Origin: a virus
Direction: 5' to 3' (one strand)
DNA: 64,000 nt
IMG/VR virus record: IMGVR_UViG_3300045988_165521
This document shows positions 59,010 to 64,000 of this stretch, piece by piece. Position numbers and translations under genes: made by a program. Numbering within the stretch: the first letter of the stretch is position 1; each line of letters starts with the position of its first letter. The notes beneath the pieces are model-generated. The model made no database searches, had not been told where the DNA came from, and saw only the letters and a list, made by a program, of their open reading frames with translations.

Positions 59010-59193
59010 AATATTGAATTATTTTGATTATTTCATTATTAGTTGGATTACCGTGTTCAATATAATCAATTGCATTAATTAATTCGTTCATTGTAAATAA
59101 TGCTTTTTTATCAGGTAAATGCCCAATATTAATATTAATTAATTCTTGAACAAATATTTTATATAATTCATTATATAGAATTTCCACAACCAC
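58996..59193 (-). CDS. small hypothetical protein, about 65 aa
   Basis: The track ORF starts at GTG (59191-59193) and overlaps both neighbours. It would fill an otherwise 160-nt gap. Confidence 0.35.
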   Translation of the reverse strand: MVVEILYNELYKIFVQELININIGHLPDKKALFTMNELINAIDYIEHGNPTNNEIIKIIQYYEEI

Positions 59194-59944
59194 AACTATT
59201 ATTTATATTACCTAATTCCTCTCCACATAAAGAATTACATGAAGATAAATTATCTAATATTCTTTGTGCTTCTGTAAAGTTCCCCATATCTTTTAGATAA
59301 TCAAACACATACATAGCACTTAATAAGAAATCTCTGCGATTCCTTAAATTTTCATCTGTTTTACATTTATCATAACTACATATTTTACTGTTATTCAACA
59401 GTAATTGCCGTTGCAAATATACTAAACATCTTTGTAATTTGCAAACACTAAAGACATTTTTTATTGGACAATAGAAAGTTTGTGAAGCCTTATTTTCTTG
59501 CACAAATTCATATGCTTCTTTATAATCAATAATTTCAGAACTTTCAATTACTTCGTCTAATGTATATCCTTCCTGGTCTGTAATATTAGATTTATAAAGA
59601 TCTCCATTAAAAAAAAATAATTCATCTATTAAATTAATATATTTATCAGGCTCTTTATCGTCTTGAAAATGCATTAATTGTGGAACTACTAATTTATAAT
59701 AAGAATAAGTTCCATCAACATTTAATGTAAATTCAGATGCAAATCTACTTAAATAGTGTCCTCGATTATGTAATTCCTTTCTTATTTTTACTGATTCTGG
59801 GAGTAAATTTTCATCAGTATTATAAGATAGAAATTCTAACATTATATACTGACTTAAATCTACACCTAAATAATCACTATTATCTACAGCAATTAATTTA
59901 CAATCAGATCTAACAATTACATCAATATTTATTTTTTTATTCAT
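59171..59944 (-). CDS. Cys-rich hypothetical protein, 257 aa
   Basis: ATG at 59942-59944, directly after the portal TAA. No TGA. The C-terminal half is Cys-rich and ends ..NNSCGCGNSI. Confidence 0.7.
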   Translation of the reverse strand: MNKKINIDVIVRSDCKLIAVDNSDYLGVDLSQYIMLEFLSYNTDENLLPESVKIRKELHNRGHYLSRFASEFTLNVDGTYSYYKLVVPQLMHFQDDKEPDKYINLIDELFFFNGDLYKSNITDQEGYTLDEVIESSEIIDYKEAYEFVQENKASQTFYCPIKNVFSVCKLQRCLVYLQRQLLLNNSKICSYDKCKTDENLRNRRDFLLSAMYVFDYLKDMGNFTEAQRILDNLSSCNSLCGEELGNINNSCGCGNSI

Positions 59945-59945
59945 A

Positions 59946-60986
59946 TTATACAACTTGTTTTATTTTATCATTATAAGGATTAGTATCAACTGTTTCTGCA
60001 GCTTGAATTTGAACTTGTTGCTGTTTTGTTTCAATAAGTTTATCGTTATAATCCTTATCGTTTTTAACTTTTTCTCTTTCAATAGCTACTTTTTCAGCTT
60101 CAAGTTGTAGTCTAGCTTGACTATTTTGTTTAAGTTGATTTTGTGATTGACCTAATTCCCTTTGTAATTGTTCATTTTGTTTCTGTAACTGTTGCAGATT
60201 TTGTTCATATTGCTGAAGTTGTTGCTGCAACTGAGAAACACTATTATTTTCTTCCTTCTTAACAGCAGTAGCTTTAGCTACATAACGTTTAAGTTCGGAC
60301 ATACTATTGGCAGTTGCAATACTTACTGCCATATCGGGATCTGACATTCCAGCTTTAATTAATTCAATATTAAGAGCCTTTACAGTTTCCATATCTTTAA
60401 AAGACTTAGAACTATCCTCAATATGTAAATCAAAATCTGTAAGTGTATAATGTTCAGGAAGTGCAGTAAATATTCTTGAATATTTATTACCTAACACAAT
60501 AGTACCAGTAATACCATTTGGATATACTAATTTAGCTAAATTAAGCATATCATAATTAGCTTCTTTATAAATTATATCCATGGTTTCAAAATATTGTTTA
60601 GTTAATAAACCTGACATTTTAACTCCAAGTTGAACATTAGATACAGCATCTCTCTGTTCATATTGAGCTAACCTCTCAGGTAACACTCCTGTAATTGAAG
60701 AAGCTTGTTGTTCTACAGCTTGAATAGCTAATTGAATACCTTGAATAGCTTGAGCTTTAACTGTATCATCAAATCCATTAAAAATAGTATTAGGCATACC
60801 TTCATTACCTTCCTCCTTACTATTTATTAATGCTAAGCCATTCTTTTTATATGCTTGTCAAGCTTTAACTCGATCTGTTAATTTTTCACCTAAAAACGAA
60901 GGAATAAAAGAAACATCCATCCAATCTCCAACTCCTCCTGAAGAAGCAATAAGATTATCTCTAAAATATATAAGTAAATCATATTT
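59946..60986 (-). CDS. portal protein, exon 2
   Basis: Starts AAA TAT GAT (KYDLLIYFRDNLIASSGGVGDWMDV..) in frame with track ORF 59946-60797 through one TGA. The C-terminus is Q-rich coiled coil. Stop TAA at 59946-59948. Confidence 0.75.
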
Positions 60987-61314
60987 CATTGTTTATTCGA
61001 TATAGGTCGTTAATCTATATCCGTCTTTTTGACTGCTGCATGTCACCATGCAGATTAGACTATATCATACAAATTTGATTTAAAATTAATTCAAATAAAT
61101 TCTGTTTCATTATATTTCATAACTACTTATAATTAATTTTAAATTAAACTTGTCCCCGCACTTCCACTTACTTAAGTGTACTCCTTTCGGATAGTCGTTG
61201 AACTTTCAAAGATATTTCTATCTAAGCTTAGCTGCTGATTGTCTTAAATTTACTATTATTCAATTTAAGGTTTTCCAGCAATTCACGGGGTTTATACAGG
61301 ACTCATATAATTTA
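60987..61314 (-). ncRNA. group I intron (328 nt, no ORF) inside the portal gene
   Basis: Minus-strand P AATTGCTGGAAA (61272-61283), Q AATCAGCAGC (61231-61240), R GTTCAACGACTA (61191-61202), S GATATAGTC (61058-61066). The guide GTCCTGTA (61295-61302) pairs with the exon end TACAGGAT over 8 bp, with U.G at the splice site. The terminal G is at 60987. Excision is in frame. Confidence 0.85.
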
Positions 61315-62490
61315 ATCCTGTAGGTCCATAGTATGTGCTATTAATGAATATGGATCTCCATTTTTATCTAAGAAAAACATTCCATTAACAGATAATCTGC
61401 ATCTACTAGGACAATCTGCACTTCTTACAATATACTTTGATTCTCCACGAGTAATGTATACTTCTGAACCAATTTTTACTCCTTCATGTCTTGTTAATTC
61501 TCCAGTTTTATAATCTGCTTCAATTCATTCAACTTCATATACAGGAATAAGATGATTTTTTATAGGTTCTATTGAATCATAATCTCCAGGTCATCCTGGA
61601 TGTGCTTCAAGTCCTGCAAGAATACCTGTATGTAAATTATCCGCTCGTAAATTAGGTTCAGCAGGTTTACCAACATATCTAACCAAATAAGTAGGAGATG
61701 TTGAATCAGCAGTTTGTTGCATATCTCTAATTTTCTTAGCTGCTTCTGTAGTTAATTCTGATCTGAATGTATTTAAGATATCCTCTCTTGACATTCATTT
61801 TCTAATAACAACTCTCTTAGAATCTGCAAGATAAGGAGAATTTGGATTACGTTCTATAAATGTATTAACGGGATTTAAAATTTCAATATTGACATTTGAA
61901 TTACTTTCTGTAGGTTTTACTCTATAGTAACAAGTACCTGTAACAAGTAAATCTGTAAGTAATTCTGCCATTTTACGTTTTAAATCGATGTTTCTTGATT
62001 GTCTTAAATAATCAAGAATATTTTGTGCAGCAATTTCATATTCCGAAACAAAAGATTGATCAATATCTTGTTGAATTGAGTTGATTTCTTTTTCAATAAA
62101 AGGATCATTTACAATTTCTTTATTTTCAATAATAGCTGCAATAATGTTATTCTTTAAATACTGTTGCAAATAATTAAATACTTCTGCACTAATTTTAAGT
62201 TGCTTTTCTCTCATTATATTTGAAACAGTCTTTTCATCTTTGCAAGATACTTTTAAATCTTGATTTAAACCTAGATATTCTCCAACTAATACATCAATAT
62301 GTTTCTTAATTAATGGTGTAAAACTAACTGATGTAGGAGTCCCAATTCCGTAATTTTCTTCTAGGTGTTTGAATTGATCTGCATCTCTACGACAATGATA
62401 ATATCCATAAGCTTTTCTTATAGCAACTTTATCATATACAAGATTACCTATCGCATCATTAATCTTCTTTACTTCATTCTCTATCACCAT
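61315..62490 (-). CDS. portal protein, exon 1
   Basis: ATG at 62488-62490. Fragments 61795-62490 and 61591-61794 plus 61315-61591 were translated as one frame broken only by TGA. 392 codons, ending ..SLIAHTMDLQD. It sits immediately downstream of TerL. The spliced product is 738 aa. Confidence 0.75.
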
Positions 62491-62767
62491 ATTCTAATAC
62501 TATATATTGATTTCCTTCACCTGGAGTAGTCATTTCTCCAGAATAATATTTTGTTCTATCTAGTTGTCTGTTTCTAAGTTCTTTTTCAAGAAATTCGAAA
62601 AAACCTTCTTCATCACCTTCATAGACTAAAACTAGTGGAGCTTTTCATTGATTTAAATCTAAACTTAATTTCCATTGATTACCATCTATAGTTAATGTAA
62701 AGTCTCCAGTGTAATATGCACACATAGCCTTTTCAATTATTTCATATACTTTATCAACGAGTTCCAT
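62459..62767 (-). CDS. small ORF, 102 aa, between TerL and portal (overlaps both)
   Basis: ATG at 62765-62767, inside the last TerL codons. Two in-frame TGA. TAA at 62459-62461, 32 nt inside the portal ORF. Confidence 0.4.
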
Positions 62768-64000
62768 TCTTTTGCGGTATTACTCCATATTCTTTATAGC
62801 CTTTTTCATTAGTGAACCATCCAATATTTTCTCATTCTTTTGCTAATTTATCTTGAGCGGCAGGTCGTATATTCATTAGCTCTTCATCTGCAATTTCCGC
62901 CATTTCCATGCTCGCGATAATATCAAACTTTCGTTTATTTTCTCAAGAATATTTTAACAATTGCTCAAGCATTTCATCAATATCAATTGAATAACAGTAA
63001 TCATTAACAAAATTATTAATTAATTCAAGACCATGCTTGATAATAGCTTCTGTAGCTGGTACACCAATCATTTGTGAGTTGCCTCTTTTCATATCTCCAA
63101 GAGTTGAAGCAGGACGTTTCATAAATAGACTATCTTTCTTTTTTTCTTTAAAATATGTAACAATACTAATCTTAGTATGTTCAAGTAGTGCTTTACAATT
63201 ATATCATACTAATAACTTCATTGCTACATCATACGCTTCTCGAATATCTCGAGGACGATCTTTATAGATCGCAACATATTTCGCTTCTTGTAATCCATAT
63301 ATACGTTTCTTAATAACTATACAGAAATCAGATACATCTGTTGAGGTAGAAGAATCTCCAGAACCTTGGTCAATAGAGTCTATTCCTGCAACATATAAAT
63401 TTTTTAATACAAGACCATCTTCGTCACGAAGTGGCCTTTCATATATAGCAATTTTACTATTTGGATTATTTATAACTTTTACTTTTGTTAAATCAGGAGT
63501 ATCTCCAGAACGATCTCATAATAATGATACATACTCTGGTTTTAATCCTGCTTTAAATATCCTAATTTGGGTTAATCTATCTGCAATTGCAATTGAATCA
63601 AAGATATTTTCACCCTGCTTATATAATGCTTCATTTGGAATAAAACAGTGCTCTGCACAATAATCAAGTAGGTCTTTGCCACTTAATTTTTTACGTTCTT
63701 CCTCATAAAACTTTTTAAATTCTTCAGATTGTGTAACGCCTCTTGTATCTAAGAATTCTTCTCGTAAACTAAACTTATGAGCTGGAATAAAGAAAGCTGT
63801 TAATTGTGGTTTTCTATCTTCTGTATCATAGTTTTTATATGGAAGTACATTATACCCTTCTGGTTTTGCAAAAATGTTTGATAAACCTTCAAGTGCCATA
63901 TCATCACCACCTGTACCTAAAGCAATACGTGTTCCAAAATGATAACCACCAAGCTCAACAAGAGCATTACCTTGAATCCAACTTTTAGTTAAATATTTAT
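62751..64000 (-). CDS. terL: terminase large subunit, C-terminal (nuclease) part; 5' end beyond the right edge
   Basis: One frame from 64000 to TAA (62751-62753), broken only by TGA; 62751-63516 was fully translated. ..NLYVAGIDSIDQGSGDS.. and ..DYCAEHCFIPNEAL.. fit the RNase-H-like nuclease domain of TerL. The portal gene follows. Confidence 0.8.

Noticed and set aside
85-63988. All plus-strand ORFs in the track (for example 5847-6161, 12919-13281, 23309-23620, 46913-47131, 55090-55329).
   Set aside because: Each lies antisense to a long, well-supported minus-strand frame. Their composition is low-complexity or odd (Ser/Leu/Phe/Ile-rich shadows), and they lack promoters, terminators and neighbours. 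They are treated as shadow ORFs.
1-64000. Fragmentation caused by pseudogenisation or poor assembly rather than recoding.
   Set aside because: Random decay would shift frames and introduce TAA and TAG as well. Here frames are preserved over up to about 8.7 kb, essentially only TGA interrupts them, and TGA aligns with TGG in paralogs.
1-64000. Other codes: TAG=Gln (code 15), TGA=Gly (code 25), or a native code-4 host (Mycoplasma or Spiroplasma).
   Set aside because: - TAG terminates four ORFs (24107, 45045, 45788, 47316), two of them directly before hairpins.
- TGA substitutes for TGG at paralogous and aromatic positions, which argues against Gly.
- The TGG-only usage in the most expressed genes, the Bacteroidota-type promoters and the crAss-like gene order all argue against a native code-4 host.

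Only MS or tRNA identification can settle this.
1-64000. CRISPR arrays, tRNA or rRNA genes, transposases or IS elements.
   Set aside because: None were seen. Non-coding DNA totals only about 1.2 kb plus the two introns, and all of it is accounted for by promoters, hairpins or short spacers.

Overview
The whole window is one continuous minus-strand late/structural arm of a low-GC phage with crAss-like (Crassvirales-type) architecture. Read right to left: TerL, portal, a five-gene fibre cluster, an accessory block, the capsid operon (scaffold-like protein and MCP), tail genes, three giant cargo/ejection-type proteins, and a giant virion RNA polymerase that runs off the left edge. No plus-strand gene is supported.

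The supplied standard-code ORF track is fragmented because TGA is read as a sense codon, best explained as Trp. I read the last three bases of each in-frame minus-strand fragment: 50 end in TGA, 20 in TAA and 3 in TAG. Neighbouring TGA-separated fragments stay in one frame for up to about 8.7 kb. TGG and TGA alternate at the same position of paralogous fibre genes. With TGA=Trp I get about 37 genes and about 97% coding.

Main observations:
- Two related, ORF-less group I introns with textbook P/Q/R/S cores. One splits the D-x-D-x-D catalytic loop of the virion RNAP and the other splits the portal gene.
- Recoding is uneven. The apparently highly expressed, GC-richer genes (MCP and others) use only TGG.
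- Three exact Bacteroidota-type promoters (TTTG-N20-TAnnTTTG) sit in intergenic gaps, alongside strand-specific terminators.
- A recurring N-terminal K-Y-Q-x-G-G motif on consecutive cargo proteins resembles a capsid-targeting or processing signal.
- A complete SF1 helicase motif set lies inside a 2628-aa cargo protein next to the RNAP.
- An HTH_17 ORF has no canonical start codon and sits next to a perfect palindrome.

All product names are inferred from motifs and gene order only; no database search was possible.
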